The position numbers were made by a program, and so were the translations under genes. Shown here piece after piece: positions 9,875-20,544 of a stretch of 62,979 nucleotides of DNA. Position 1 is the first letter of the stretch; every line of letters starts with the position of its first letter. Origin of the DNA: an uncultured Pseudomonadota bacterium (GTDB lineage: Bacteria > Pseudomonadota > Alphaproteobacteria > RUG11792); contig CADBOF010000011.1 of NCBI GenBank assembly GCA_902796345.1, positions 1 through 62,979 on the forward strand, given 5' to 3'. Under the pieces are notes generated by a model. It had not been told where the DNA came from, searched no databases, and saw only the letters and a program-made list of their open reading frames with translations.

Positions 9875-11770
9875 GTGTTCGTTCAGTCAGGTCTAAATAA
9901 ACAGCAACAGCTCGCCGTCTCAATAACTGACGGCGCTGTGCTTGTGGTGGCAGGTGCAGGAACAGGAAAAACGAAAGTAATAACATCTCGTATAGCAAAC
10001 ATAGTTCTTTCAGGGCGGTGTTCTCTTAATGAAATTTTAGCTGTAACTTTTACAAACAAAGCTGCACGAGAAATGACACAACGAACAATTGATTTGTTAG
10101 CCAAGAATGGTTATGAACTTGCAAATGTACATAATCTGTGGATTGGTACATTTCACTCGAATGCCTTGAAAATAATTAGACCATTGTTTGAAGAATTTGA
10201 CAGAAGAGAAAATTTTGATGTAATAAAAAATTCCGAACAAGTTAAAATAATAAAACAACTTATGCATTGCAAAGGATTTAACGATACAATATTTAATCCA
10301 AAAGATGTGCTTTTTACAATAACGAGCTGGAAAGAGAATTGTCTTGAACCAAAGTCGGCTAAAAACGAAATTGAGAACATTGCTTTAAAAATCGCTGATT
10401 ACTACGAAGAGGAGTTAAAGAGATTAAACGTAATAGATTTTAGTGACATACTGAAAAATTCAATTGAAATTTTCAAAAAAAATCCTGAAGTATTACAGTA
10501 TTATCAAAAAAAATTTAAGTATATAATGGTTGACGAATATCAAGATACGAACGCATCTCAGTATATGTGGCTACGATTGTTATCATTAGGCCATGGAAAT
10601 ATATGTTGCGTCGGAGATGATGATCAATCAATATATGCATGGCGAGGCGCAGATATAAACAATATTCTGAACTTCAATAAAGACTTTAGAGCCACAAAAA
10701 TTATCAAACTCGAACAGAATTATCGTTCAACAGGCAATATTCTCAAAGCGGCAAGCGGAGTTATTGCGCATAATAAAGCTCGTATCGAAAAAACCTTTAA
10801 AACAGATCAAAAAGACAGTTTACCAATAATGCTTAGTCGTGCTTCAGATCCGGAAGATGAAGCACAAATAATTGCTAATATTATTGTAATGAAACTTAAA
10901 CATGGGTACAAATATAGCGATTTTGCTGTGCTTGTTCGAACAGCAATTCAAACGCGAGCTATTGAAGATGAATTAATGTCACGCAAAATTCCTTACGTTC
11001 TATCGGATGGGACTCGATTTTACGAACGAACTGAGGTAAAAGACATTGTTGCGTATTTAAAACTGTTGGTCAATCCAAATGATGAAATATCGTTTAAACG
11101 GATAGTGAACGTTCCAAGGCGAGGAATTGGAAGTGCAACGCTCTCAAAGCTATATGAATTAGCAATAGAACGCGATATACCAATTGCTGATGCAGCGATA
11201 ATATCGGGAAACAAAAAGTTAGTAGATTTTTTTAACAAGATGTCGGAGTGGCGTAATTTAATGAGAACAGTACCGTTTCATAAGCTTGTGACGACAATAT
11301 TGGATCAATCTGGGTATATGGAAATGATAAATTCAATGCCTGAAAATGATGAAAAACTTATTATTATCGATGATTTGATGATGACACTAAAACAATATAG
11401 TTCCGTAAGGGAGTTTTTAGATTATGTAGGCCTTGCTACAGATAATCCTATAGACAAAAGAAACAGTGTAAGCGTTAGCACAATTCATGCTGCTAAAGGG
11501 TTAGAATATGATGTTGTTTTTATTCCGGGGATGGAAGAGGGAATTCTACCACATCAAAAGTCACTTAGGGAGCGTAATGGAATAGAAGAAGAACGTAGAT
11601 TATTTTATGTCGCATTAACACGTGCCAAAAAAGAAGTTTTTATAACGATGTGTGATTACAGACCTATGTACGGAATATCGACAAATAGATATACGCAGAA
11701 AAATGTATTTGACACTCGTATTTCACGTTTTGTCATGGAACTTCCACACGATTGCATCCGGTGGTTTTAA
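9875..11770 (+). CDS. uvrD: UvrD/Rep/PcrA-family ATP-dependent DNA helicase
   Basis: GTG start. Helicase motifs AGAGTGKT, TFTNKAAREM, VDEYQDTN, GDDDQSIYAWRGA, NYRS, TIHAAKGLEYDVVF, LFYVALTRAK. Confidence 0.85.
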   Translation: MFVQSGLNKQQQLAVSITDGAVLVVAGAGTGKTKVITSRIANIVLSGRCSLNEILAVTFTNKAAREMTQRTIDLLAKNGYELANVHNLWIGTFHSNALKIIRPLFEEFDRRENFDVIKNSEQVKIIKQLMHCKGFNDTIFNPKDVLFTITSWKENCLEPKSAKNEIENIALKIADYYEEELKRLNVIDFSDILKNSIEIFKKNPEVLQYYQKKFKYIMVDEYQDTNASQYMWLRLLSLGHGNICCVGDDDQSIYAWRGADINNILNFNKDFRATKIIKLEQNYRSTGNILKAASGVIAHNKARIEKTFKTDQKDSLPIMLSRASDPEDEAQIIANIIVMKLKHGYKYSDFAVLVRTAIQTRAIEDELMSRKIPYVLSDGTRFYERTEVKDIVAYLKLLVNPNDEISFKRIVNVPRRGIGSATLSKLYELAIERDIPIADAAIISGNKKLVDFFNKMSEWRNLMRTVPFHKLVTTILDQSGYMEMINSMPENDEKLIIIDDLMMTLKQYSSVREFLDYVGLATDNPIDKRNSVSVSTIHAAKGLEYDVVFIPGMEEGILPHQKSLRERNGIEEERRLFYVALTRAKKEVFITMCDYRPMYGISTNRYTQKNVFDTRISRFVMELPHDCIRWF

Positions 11771-11810
11771 TACATAATAATATCAAGCAAGCATCTTTTG
11801 TATCTGACGA

Positions 11811-13634
11811 ATGAAATTTTTGTTTTATTTTTTATTATCTTTTTCTGCATGCATTTCGTTGTCCGTTGCAAAAAAAACGCCTAGAAACATTAAGACAGAA
11901 AAAAAAATAACTGTATTGGGCGTCTATAATAAAAATATTTTGAATGCTATAAATGAACAGATAACTATACCAACAGAAAAACCGACAGAATTGGAGCGCT
12001 ATTTTTGGATAAAACGAAACACGAATACAATATATGAAATTTTATGGGCTTTTGGATATTTTGACGCGAAAGTTTTTTTACATGATACTTGTGAAAAGTG
12101 TACAGTAAAACTCAACAGGCATTATACAATAGATAAAATTAAATGTTTACATATCAGACAGAATATACCAGAAATAGTAACAAACGACGAACAATTTTTT
12201 AAATTGACAGAACTAAAAAAGGGAACGTTATTTTCAGCCAATGAAGTTTCTTCAAGTACTAATAAAATTCGTGATTACTATAGAAATTTGGGGTTTGCTT
12301 TTGTACATGTAAACCCACCTGAAATAGAATTAAACAACAAAAACAAAACAGTAAATGTAATTTACAACTTGGATTTAGGAAAACTTATAAAAATAAGAAA
12401 CACAATAATTAATATTAAATCAAAGAAGTCGCCTAAATTACTAGAACCTTTTATTAAAAATAGGCTTACGTGGAAAACAAATGAACATTACGACTTAAAA
12501 AAAATCGAGCAATTTAAAGATAGTTTAGTAAAATATAATCTTTTTTCATCGTTGAATATCGAGCTTTCTGAACCAATTCCAGATAATGAGGATCCTAATT
12601 ATGCCGTATCTGACATTATATTGAATTTCGAAGAAGCTCCATTACGCAGTATTCAATTAGGAGCAAAACTAAGCACAACAAACGTGTTTAACTTAGTTGC
12701 TGAATGGAAACATTATAATATAGATGGAAAAGGCTCTACTTTTGAAGTAGTAAACAATATTGGGAAAGATGAACAGATATTTAAAATTGAGCATAACTAC
12801 TACGATTTGTTTACCAAAAATCAAAGGTTATCAACGCAAGCAAAATTTATACGCGAAGATGAAACTTCTTACCATACATTAAAATACTGTGCGAGTAGTA
12901 TACTATGGCATAGTTTTGGAAACGTACTTGAACTTGGACTTGGCGGATTTGGCGAATATTCAAAAACCATTGATAAGGTTGTTTCTGACGAGAATTTAAT
13001 CAATACAAACGTTTCATACATTCGAACTCTAGGAGCTTTAATTGGCTTTAAGGCAAATGCTATTGATGACATTATTGATCCACATTGTGGCTTTAAAATA
13101 AACGCAGATTTTATTCCGATGTTTTCAGAAAATATAAATTATTCAAAATTTTTGGCAAGTTTCTACGGATACTTTGATTTTGGAAAAAATCGTTTAAACA
13201 AAAACCCTATGCTTGCTTTGTACGCACGATACGGCACAATTTTCGGCAATACAGAAAAATTAACACGAGATAAAATGTTTTTCGCGGGGGGAGCAAATTC
13301 TATAAGGGGATATGGTGAAAAAAAACTTGGAGGGCTCCTTAATCGAATACCATATGGTGGTTCCTCATTAATTGAGTTTGGAGTCGAATGCACTATAAAT
13401 TTGAATAAAAAAATAGGAGGAGCTATATTTATCGAAACGGGAAAATTATATTCTCCAGGAAAACAACAAAATTGGATGACAGGAATTGGTTTTGGTTTAA
13501 GATACCGTCCACCTATATCACTTCCAGTGATAAAAGTTGATATTGCTTTTCCAACAAAACGGAGAAAAGACAATGACGGAAAATATGTTGATTCATTATT
13601 TAATGTGTACGTTGGAATTGGTCAAACGTTTTAA
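11811..13634 (+). CDS. tamA: Omp85-family outer-membrane protein, TamA-like (short POTRA region plus 16-strand barrel)
   Basis: Signal peptide and POTRA-like N-terminus (ITVLGVYNKNILNAINEQI...GYFDAKV). Barrel motif FFAGGANSIRGYG. The C-terminus ends ...VYVGIGQTF with an aromatic terminal residue. The 607-aa size fits TamA rather than the roughly 800-aa BamA. Confidence 0.6.
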   Translation: MKFLFYFLLSFSACISLSVAKKTPRNIKTEKKITVLGVYNKNILNAINEQITIPTEKPTELERYFWIKRNTNTIYEILWAFGYFDAKVFLHDTCEKCTVKLNRHYTIDKIKCLHIRQNIPEIVTNDEQFFKLTELKKGTLFSANEVSSSTNKIRDYYRNLGFAFVHVNPPEIELNNKNKTVNVIYNLDLGKLIKIRNTIINIKSKKSPKLLEPFIKNRLTWKTNEHYDLKKIEQFKDSLVKYNLFSSLNIELSEPIPDNEDPNYAVSDIILNFEEAPLRSIQLGAKLSTTNVFNLVAEWKHYNIDGKGSTFEVVNNIGKDEQIFKIEHNYYDLFTKNQRLSTQAKFIREDETSYHTLKYCASSILWHSFGNVLELGLGGFGEYSKTIDKVVSDENLINTNVSYIRTLGALIGFKANAIDDIIDPHCGFKINADFIPMFSENINYSKFLASFYGYFDFGKNRLNKNPMLALYARYGTIFGNTEKLTRDKMFFAGGANSIRGYGEKKLGGLLNRIPYGGSSLIEFGVECTINLNKKIGGAIFIETGKLYSPGKQQNWMTGIGFGLRYRPPISLPVIKVDIAFPTKRRKDNDGKYVDSLFNVYVGIGQTF

Positions 13635-14468
13635 ATATTTAGATAAATCAAAAATGGCTTGTCGTTTAAATTCTTCAGATTGTATAAATTTCTTTATCTG
13701 CAAAAAATTATCTTGATTCTTATTAATGAATAATTGCAAATGTTTACTGGATAGTTTAATAAACGGATATGTTACATTATTTTGTATATAATCTTCCGAG
13801 TTTTCAAATATTTCGATATTGTAATCATCTAAGTCGTTTTGGACTTGATATATTATTCCAAAGCATGTTGCATATATTCCTATTTTTGATATATTTTCTA
13901 AATTTCGTAGTCCAATTGTTGAAGCAAATCTAAAAAGAGAAGATGTTTTTAAAGATACTGTTTTTATGTAATCTTTAAAGCAACATGTGGTATTTAAATT
14001 CTGTTCAAAACAAGCACCATAGGCAATAGCAGACGCTGTTTTTATAAATCTATCAATTATACATTGGTCAAAGTGTGATTTTGTAATTTCGTTAAAAATT
14101 TTGATTAACAAATAATCGCCTAATAAAATTGTTTTTTTTGAGCCATACAAGTTATACACCGAACGTTTTCCTCGTCGCACATTGTTTTTATCAATTACAT
14201 CGTCATGTAACAATGAGCCAAAATGAATTAATTCAACTAAAGCCAATATTTTATATATATGGATCGGAATAATTTTGTAATATTGATAATATATATCCAA
14301 TGCAAATAGCGATCTGATACGTTTTCCAGAGCTCATAATTATTTGACATATATCATTTTGTATTTTTGTTTTGAATAATATTTTTTCAATATAATTGTTA
14401 ATTATATTAAGGTCTGTATGGTATGTAGTTTTTTTGTCTAAAACTAATTTAATCAACTCTGAAAACAT
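13596..14468 (-). CDS. ispB: Polyprenyl diphosphate synthase (octaprenyl-diphosphate synthase-like)
   Basis: First Asp-rich motif LLHDDVIDKNNVRRGK. Second motif QVQNDLDD. GKRIRSLF near the N-terminus. Confidence 0.75.
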   Translation of the reverse strand: MFSELIKLVLDKKTTYHTDLNIINNYIEKILFKTKIQNDICQIIMSSGKRIRSLFALDIYYQYYKIIPIHIYKILALVELIHFGSLLHDDVIDKNNVRRGKRSVYNLYGSKKTILLGDYLLIKIFNEITKSHFDQCIIDRFIKTASAIAYGACFEQNLNTTCCFKDYIKTVSLKTSSLFRFASTIGLRNLENISKIGIYATCFGIIYQVQNDLDDYNIEIFENSEDYIQNNVTYPFIKLSSKHLQLFINKNQDNFLQIKKFIQSEEFKRQAIFDLSKYLKRLTNSNVHIK

Positions 14469-14597
14469 TTTATTACCGCTAGTTTGTTACTTACCGAAAT
14501 TTTACAGAAAATTGGTTATTTTCGTAACTTTGTTTATAAAGTGTTAAACTTTTTTTGGGATAAGTATATTTTTTCAAATATTAATTTAGATATTTTT

Positions 14598-15821
14598 ATG
14601 AAGAAAGAGTTGGTAGTTATTGATCTCGGTACAAGTACTGTATGTGCAACTATTGCAAAATATATTGGCGGAAAAAATAAAAAAATAAAAATACTTGGGT
14701 TAGGATATCGTGCGACAAAAGGGTTAGATTATAGTCGCGTTATATCTCTTTCAGATGTCGAGAATTCAATTCTTGATGCAATAACTATTGCATCAGATTT
14801 AGCTCAAAAACGAGTAAAATCTGTTATTGTTTCTTTGCCACCATGGGCTGTGAACTCTCAAATTGTTGAGATTTCACGTGATATTGACAATACTCCAATT
14901 GACAACTCTGTAATTCGCTCAATGGCAAATGAATGTAGTGTCAATAATGAAACAATTATTCACATAATTCCAGTAAACTATTTTTTGGACGACGTTTCAG
15001 AAATAAAAAACCCAATTGGAATGACGTGTAAAAAATTGTCAGCTATTTTTAATATTTTATCAGTCCAGAAAAATTTACTCAATAGTCTGAAAAATTGTTT
15101 TACAAAAAATAATATCGAAGTATCTGCATTTGTGTCTTCTGCTTTTATGTCAGCAATTGCAGTCACACAACAAAACAATTCATGTATCACTGTTTTAGAC
15201 ATAGGTAGCTCGTGTACGTCTATATCATGCATTAATGATGGGGTAATGGTATATTCTGAACATATTCCAGTTGGGAGTAATAGCATTACTCGCGATATAG
15301 CTTTCGTATTAAAAATTTCTGAAATTGAAGCAGAGAGACTTAAAACCGTTTATGGATTGTCAAACGATATTTCACAAGATCAAGTCCTTATAACAACAAA
15401 AAATCAATACGATGAACAGAATATCCAATCTGTGCCATCTGAAACACTTAGTGCGATAATAACAGCGAGGATCGATGATATATTTGATATTATCAAAAAA
15501 CACATATTGGATAATGGTGTAACCGAAGAATATTACGAAAATATATTTATTACAGGAGGTGGTAGTCGTTTAACTGGGCTTAACGAATATATAAATTTAA
15601 AAAGTTTTATCGCAGGTTCATCTCTTTCAGTAAAGTGTCCGAAAGATTTTTCAGAAGAACGCGATTACTCTGGAACGGCATCGTTTTCAGCCTCCGCTGG
15701 CATGTTGCTGTACGGTTTTAAGTTAATCCCCGACATTGATATCGTATCTTATACAGTTAAGGATGCGGATAAAATATCATTATTTGATAAGCTTAAATCG
15801 TTGTTTAAAGGAAAACTTTAA
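14598..15821 (+). CDS. ftsA: Cell division protein FtsA
   Basis: Actin-like fold motifs VVIDLGTSTV, VLDIGSSCTSIS, ITGGGSRLTGL. C-terminal amphipathic helix SLFDKLKSLFKGKL. Start moved to ATG 14598, because the ORF-track TTG at 14484 adds 38 non-conserved aa. Confidence 0.85.
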   Translation: MKKELVVIDLGTSTVCATIAKYIGGKNKKIKILGLGYRATKGLDYSRVISLSDVENSILDAITIASDLAQKRVKSVIVSLPPWAVNSQIVEISRDIDNTPIDNSVIRSMANECSVNNETIIHIIPVNYFLDDVSEIKNPIGMTCKKLSAIFNILSVQKNLLNSLKNCFTKNNIEVSAFVSSAFMSAIAVTQQNNSCITVLDIGSSCTSISCINDGVMVYSEHIPVGSNSITRDIAFVLKISEIEAERLKTVYGLSNDISQDQVLITTKNQYDEQNIQSVPSETLSAIITARIDDIFDIIKKHILDNGVTEEYYENIFITGGGSRLTGLNEYINLKSFIAGSSLSVKCPKDFSEERDYSGTASFSASAGMLLYGFKLIPDIDIVSYTVKDADKISLFDKLKSLFKGKL

Positions 15822-17047
15822 TGCGTTTTTTTAAAAATCTTACAAAGGAACAAATCTCAATACAAATTTTTATATTCTGCAAGGCTGTAATCGCGGGGCT
15901 TGTTTTAATGGGGGTTAACAGTAGTTTTTTTGGAATGCTTTATGAACGCGGAATAACCCTCAAAAGCATGTCTGTAATTCCAATTGCTACGGCTCCGTAT
16001 AGTCTTAAATTTTTAGTTTCGCCGTATATAAAAAACCTTATTTGTGTTAAACACTTCAGTTTGACAGTTCTTGTTAGAATTACTCAAATCACAATATTTG
16101 TTTTATTTTCGTCCTTGGGTTTTATAAAAAATAACATGTTTTTCGCAACGCTAAACGTGTTTTTATTAACATTAACTATATCTATTTATGATATTATCGC
16201 CACACACATAAAGTTAATAAGTTTTAATAGTAATCAATTTGGTATTGTTACTGCTTTGAGTACGGTAGGATTCCGTATAGGGATGTTGTTCGGTGGTGGA
16301 GGCTTAGCATATCTTGCTTATTACTTTGGATGGCGTACTGGATTTTGTGTTTCTGCAGGGGCACTGATGCTAATCAATATGGTACTTACGCCACATTTTC
16401 TTAATATATGCGAACCAAAAAATCCAAGTGATGAAAATCAATCTGGATGTAGACAACTTTTTGTTCTTATAAAAAATTTTGTTGTAAGTACAGGAGCAAT
16501 TGGCGTTATATTGTTGATATTGTCTGTAAAAATTCCTGATACATCTTTACACACAACAAAACAAATGTTTTTGCTATTTAAAGGTTTTGACAAAGTACAA
16601 ATAGCCAATATTTCACAAATCCCCGGAGTATTTGCAATGATAATTGGAGGTATTGCAGGAGGAATTGCAACTTATAAATACGCAGTGAATGTATGTATGA
16701 GTTTTAGCCTTGCATTCTTCGCTTCGTCATGCGCCTTGTTTTATTGGCTTAGTTGTGTAAACCTTGGAGTTTGGATTACAGCATTTATTTTAACTATATC
16801 GAGTTTTTCGTGCGGATTTTTAAATGTTGTTTTTAGAACTTTTGTTGATAAATATTCACAAAAAGATGTTAATAAAAACGTTTTATTAATATCTCTTGGG
16901 TCTTTGTTTAAATTAGTTTTTGCAAACTTCTCTTTATTAATAGCGAATAATAATAATTGGGGTATGTTATATATATTATGTGTTCTGTCAACAATTCCTG
17001 GTATTATAATTTGTTTTAAAAGTAACTGGCTTAAGAAAATTGGTTGA
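15821..17047 (+). CDS. ampG: AmpG-family muropeptide/MFS permease
   Basis: PYSLKFLVSPYI (compare AmpG YVFKFLWSPLMD), IYDIIATHIK, GFRIGMLFGGGGLAYLAYYFGWRTGF. Multi-TM protein. The start overlaps the ftsA stop (TAATG). Confidence 0.75.
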   Translation: MRFFKNLTKEQISIQIFIFCKAVIAGLVLMGVNSSFFGMLYERGITLKSMSVIPIATAPYSLKFLVSPYIKNLICVKHFSLTVLVRITQITIFVLFSSLGFIKNNMFFATLNVFLLTLTISIYDIIATHIKLISFNSNQFGIVTALSTVGFRIGMLFGGGGLAYLAYYFGWRTGFCVSAGALMLINMVLTPHFLNICEPKNPSDENQSGCRQLFVLIKNFVVSTGAIGVILLILSVKIPDTSLHTTKQMFLLFKGFDKVQIANISQIPGVFAMIIGGIAGGIATYKYAVNVCMSFSLAFFASSCALFYWLSCVNLGVWITAFILTISSFSCGFLNVVFRTFVDKYSQKDVNKNVLLISLGSLFKLVFANFSLLIANNNNWGMLYILCVLSTIPGIIICFKSNWLKKIG

Positions 17048-17110
17048 ATTAACTGAAAATTCATTTTTGCATGAAATGATGAATATCAGAAAGACATTAA
17101 TAAAAGAACT

Positions 17111-17491
17111 ATGATAAAAAAAGTTGCCATTTTAGCATTATCCATTTGGCTTTATGCACCTTTAAACGCCAGCGAAGGAACTGACGATAACTTTATAGCT
17201 TTCTCCGGCAGTAGTCAGGAAGATAACGAGAGTTCTGTTCAAAAAGGAATAAAAATTCATGGAGAACAGAACAGAAACAAAAATGAACAAACGCAAAACA
17301 GTATGCCTGATAACAACAATGAAGTTCAATCAGAAGAAATGCATGAAGTCGATAAGTTATCAACTGACGCTCTTGAAAAAATTGTCAAAAGAGAAGATAA
17401 CATTGAACAGGATGTGTCGGAAGTTCATAAAGAACTATCTGATTTAAAATCGAGTATAAAAGAGTTTGCTAATAAGCTATCAAACAAATAG
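17111..17491 (+). CDS. Hypothetical exported coiled-coil protein
   Basis: Signal peptide MIKKVAILALSIWLYAPLNA, followed by acidic/polar low-complexity sequence and a coiled coil. Confidence 0.5.
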   Translation: MIKKVAILALSIWLYAPLNASEGTDDNFIAFSGSSQEDNESSVQKGIKIHGEQNRNKNEQTQNSMPDNNNEVQSEEMHEVDKLSTDALEKIVKREDNIEQDVSEVHKELSDLKSSIKEFANKLSNK

Positions 17492-17796
17492 GTTTAATAC
17501 AAAATGTCGTTATTAAAGTGACATTTTTGTAAAGGTCGTACAAAGCAGTCGCAATTGTTAGTAAACGTAAAAAAATACTGCTTGCAACTCGTAGATTTTT
17601 AGTAAAAAGTTATTGCTCAGCCTTAGAAAATAGCGCGAATTTTGCTACAATAGTATCGTACAAAGATTAGTTTGATTGAGTTAAAAATTTTGTAATTCAT
17701 TGGTCACTTCGCTTTTTTAAAAATTCATCTGTGAGCCATTTTTATGAACTTCGAAATTTTTAATTCTTGATTATATCTATTAAGGAGCTCGACTGT

Positions 17797-20466
17797 ATGA
17801 GTAACGGAATAAAAGTTGTACCAATAGAAGAGGAAATGCAGTCGGCATACCTTGATTATTCTATGAGCGTCATAGTTGCACGTGCATTACCCGACGTTAG
17901 AGACGGATTAAAACCTGTGCATAGACGTATTATTTACTCTATGTATGAAACAAATAATCTTCATTCAAAACCGTTTAAAAAATCTGCAAAAGTTGTCGGA
18001 GACGTTATGGGAAACTATCACCCACATGGAAACGTTGCTTTATATGAAACAATGGTGCGTTTGGCACAATGGTTTAGTATGAGGTTACCACTTGTGGAAG
18101 GACAAGGGAACTTTGGTTCAATGGACGGAGACAGTGCGGCCGCGGATCGTTATACAGAAGCGCGCCTCGCAAAAGTTTCTGAAATGCTTGTTGCAGATAT
18201 AGATTGTGATACTGTCAATTTTGTTCCTAACTATGCAAATTTTTTGCTTGAGCCCACTGTATTACCTGCAAGATTTCCAAACCTTTTAGTAAATGGAAGT
18301 AGTGGTATCGCTGTCGGTATGGCAACTTATATACCAACTCACAATTTAGGTGAAGTAATTGATGCTTGCTGTGCTGTTTTAGATAACCCGAATATTGCAA
18401 CCGAGGAACTCATTGAAAAATATATTCCTGGACCAGATTTTCCAACCGGAGGTATTATCTTAGGCCGTGGTGGTATTAAACAAGCATTTAAAACAGGACA
18501 TGGTTCGGCTCTAGTAAGGTCAAAAACAACGATAACGAGAGGTATAAATAATCGTGAAACAGTTATTGTTACAGAAATTCCATATCAAGTTAACAAAGCA
18601 AAATTGGTTGAAAGAATAGCAGAATTGATTAAAAATAAGACAATTGAGGGAATAAGCGATATACGCGATGAATCTAACAAAGATGGCGTGAGAATTGTTA
18701 TTGAAATAAAACGTGACGCAGTTGCAGAGGTTGTATTAAATCAGCTCTTTAGATACACTCCGCTACAAGTAAACATTCCATATAATATGCTTGCTCTTGT
18801 TAAAAACAAGCCAGTACGTTTGTCTCTTTTGGATATAATCAATAATTTTCTGGAATTTCGTAAGGAAATTGTAATTCGTCGTTGCAAATTTAAATTAAAA
18901 CAAAACAGGGCAAAAGCTCATAACTTAATAGGATTTTGTATAGCATTAACAAACATAGATCGAGTTATTTCAATCGTAAAAGTATCCAATGATAAGAATG
19001 TCGCTAAAGAAGGTCTTATTAAAGAAAATTTATCTGTAGGTAATATGACATCATTATTAGAGCTTATAGAAGATCCACAAGCAAAAAATCCTTTTTATCA
19101 TTTTTCGGATACTCAATCTGGTGCAATCCTTGAAATGAAACTCAGCAAACTAACAAGCTTAGAACAAGACAAAATGCGGGACGAACTTCAAGGCGTAATG
19201 TTTGAAATTGAAGAATTGCTATCAATATTGGGCTCTAAACAGAAGGTTCTTGAAATAATAAAACAAGAATTAATAGAAGTTAAGGAGCAATTTGGAACAC
19301 CGAGATTGACAAAAATTGAAGATAATTATTCTGAAGTTGAAGATGAGGATTTAATACAGAAAGAGGATGTCGTTATTACGTACACAACGGAGGGGTATAT
19401 AAAACGGGTTCCTCTTGATAGTTATCGTTCTCAACGGCGTGGTGGTCGTGGCAAAAACGGCATGGATACAAAAGACGAAGATATTGTAAAAGACGTCATA
19501 ACAGCGAATACTCATGATATTATTTTGTGTTTTTCGACAATTGGAAAAGTTTATCAGTTGAAAACATATAAAATTCCGTCATGCAGTACAGATTCTAAAG
19601 GTCGTGCTATGGTCAATATTCTACCTTTAGAAGAAAACGAAACAATTTCAACAATTCTTGTAATTCCACAAAATGTTACAGAAGAAAACAACAAAACTTT
19701 AGTTTTTGTTACATCATTTGGGAATATAAGACGGAATAAATTCAATGACTTTATAAACATACAATCAAATGGTAAACGAGCGATATTATTGGACGATAAA
19801 GAAAAGCTTATTAATGTAATGTTGGCTAACGATGATGATGACATTTTTATCGCTACAAAAAACGGTATATGCAATCGTTTCCCAGTTAATAACGTTAGAG
19901 TTTTCGCCAGTCGTTCGTCCAATGGCGTACGTGGAATTAAATTAAAAGGTAATGACGAAGTGATGTCCACCACAGTTTTATATAAGTGGTCTCTTGACGG
20001 GATAAATGAGCGTGAAGAATATTTGAATAATGCAGACGATTTACGTCAGATGGTTAGAAATATTCCTGATGGTCAAACAATGATATCAAATAGAATGCTT
20101 GAATTAGCAAAGGAAGAAAAATTTGTTGCAACTGTTACAGATAAAGGATTTGGTCAAGTTTGTTCGTTCTATGAATATAGATCAACTAGTAGAGGAACTC
20201 AAGGATTTAAAAATATATCCCTTTCAGAAAAAAATGGTCATGTCGTGGCGACATTTCCTGTAGATTATGATGATGAAATAATTATGGTTACAAATACTGG
20301 AAGGATTATGCGGTGTAATATAAGTGATATACGTATTACACATAGAGGAGCGCAAGGAGTTATCGTTTTTAGGCTAGATGATGGCGAATTAATAACATCT
20401 GTCACTCGTGTTGATAAATACGACGAAAATAACGAAATGTCCAACGATAATAATACAGTAATGTAG
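17797..20466 (+). CDS. gyrA: DNA gyrase subunit A
   Basis: [54 protein letters not shown] (active-site Tyr), and C-terminal beta-pinwheel repeats. ATG 17797 is preceded by AAGGAG. The ORF-track TTG at 17767 is rejected. Confidence 0.97.
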   Translation: MSNGIKVVPIEEEMQSAYLDYSMSVIVARALPDVRDGLKPVHRRIIYSMYETNNLHSKPFKKSAKVVGDVMGNYHPHGNVALYETMVRLAQWFSMRLPLVEGQGNFGSMDGDSAAADRYTEARLAKVSEMLVADIDCDTVNFVPNYANFLLEPTVLPARFPNLLVNGSSGIAVGMATYIPTHNLGEVIDACCAVLDNPNIATEELIEKYIPGPDFPTGGIILGRGGIKQAFKTGHGSALVRSKTTITRGINNRETVIVTEIPYQVNKAKLVERIAELIKNKTIEGISDIRDESNKDGVRIVIEIKRDAVAEVVLNQLFRYTPLQVNIPYNMLALVKNKPVRLSLLDIINNFLEFRKEIVIRRCKFKLKQNRAKAHNLIGFCIALTNIDRVISIVKVSNDKNVAKEGLIKENLSVGNMTSLLELIEDPQAKNPFYHFSDTQSGAILEMKLSKLTSLEQDKMRDELQGVMFEIEELLSILGSKQKVLEIIKQELIEVKEQFGTPRLTKIEDNYSEVEDEDLIQKEDVVITYTTEGYIKRVPLDSYRSQRRGGRGKNGMDTKDEDIVKDVITANTHDIILCFSTIGKVYQLKTYKIPSCSTDSKGRAMVNILPLEENETISTILVIPQNVTEENNKTLVFVTSFGNIRRNKFNDFINIQSNGKRAILLDDKEKLINVMLANDDDDIFIATKNGICNRFPVNNVRVFASRSSNGVRGIKLKGNDEVMSTTVLYKWSLDGINEREEYLNNADDLRQMVRNIPDGQTMISNRMLELAKEEKFVATVTDKGFGQVCSFYEYRSTSRGTQGFKNISLSEKNGHVVATFPVDYDDEIIMVTNTGRIMRCNISDIRITHRGAQGVIVFRLDDGELITSVTRVDKYDENNEMSNDNNTVM

Positions 20467-20544
20467 ATTTCTATAATGTCCGATTTTACTGCGTAGCAAT
20501 ACATGTTATAATATTGTTGAGTAGATAAAATTGGCTTTTTAAAG

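Noticed and set aside
14484-14597. N-terminal extensions proposed by the ORF track for ftsA (TTG 14484). The same issue affects gyrA (17767), aspS (40293), the porin-like gene (28498), GH108 (35161), nupC (35107), bioD (43758), bioB (44722) and the HD gene (55638).
   Set aside because: In each case an internal ATG coincides with the conserved protein N-terminus, a signal peptide, a good RBS or a canonical stop/start overlap. The extensions use weak starts and add non-conserved residues.
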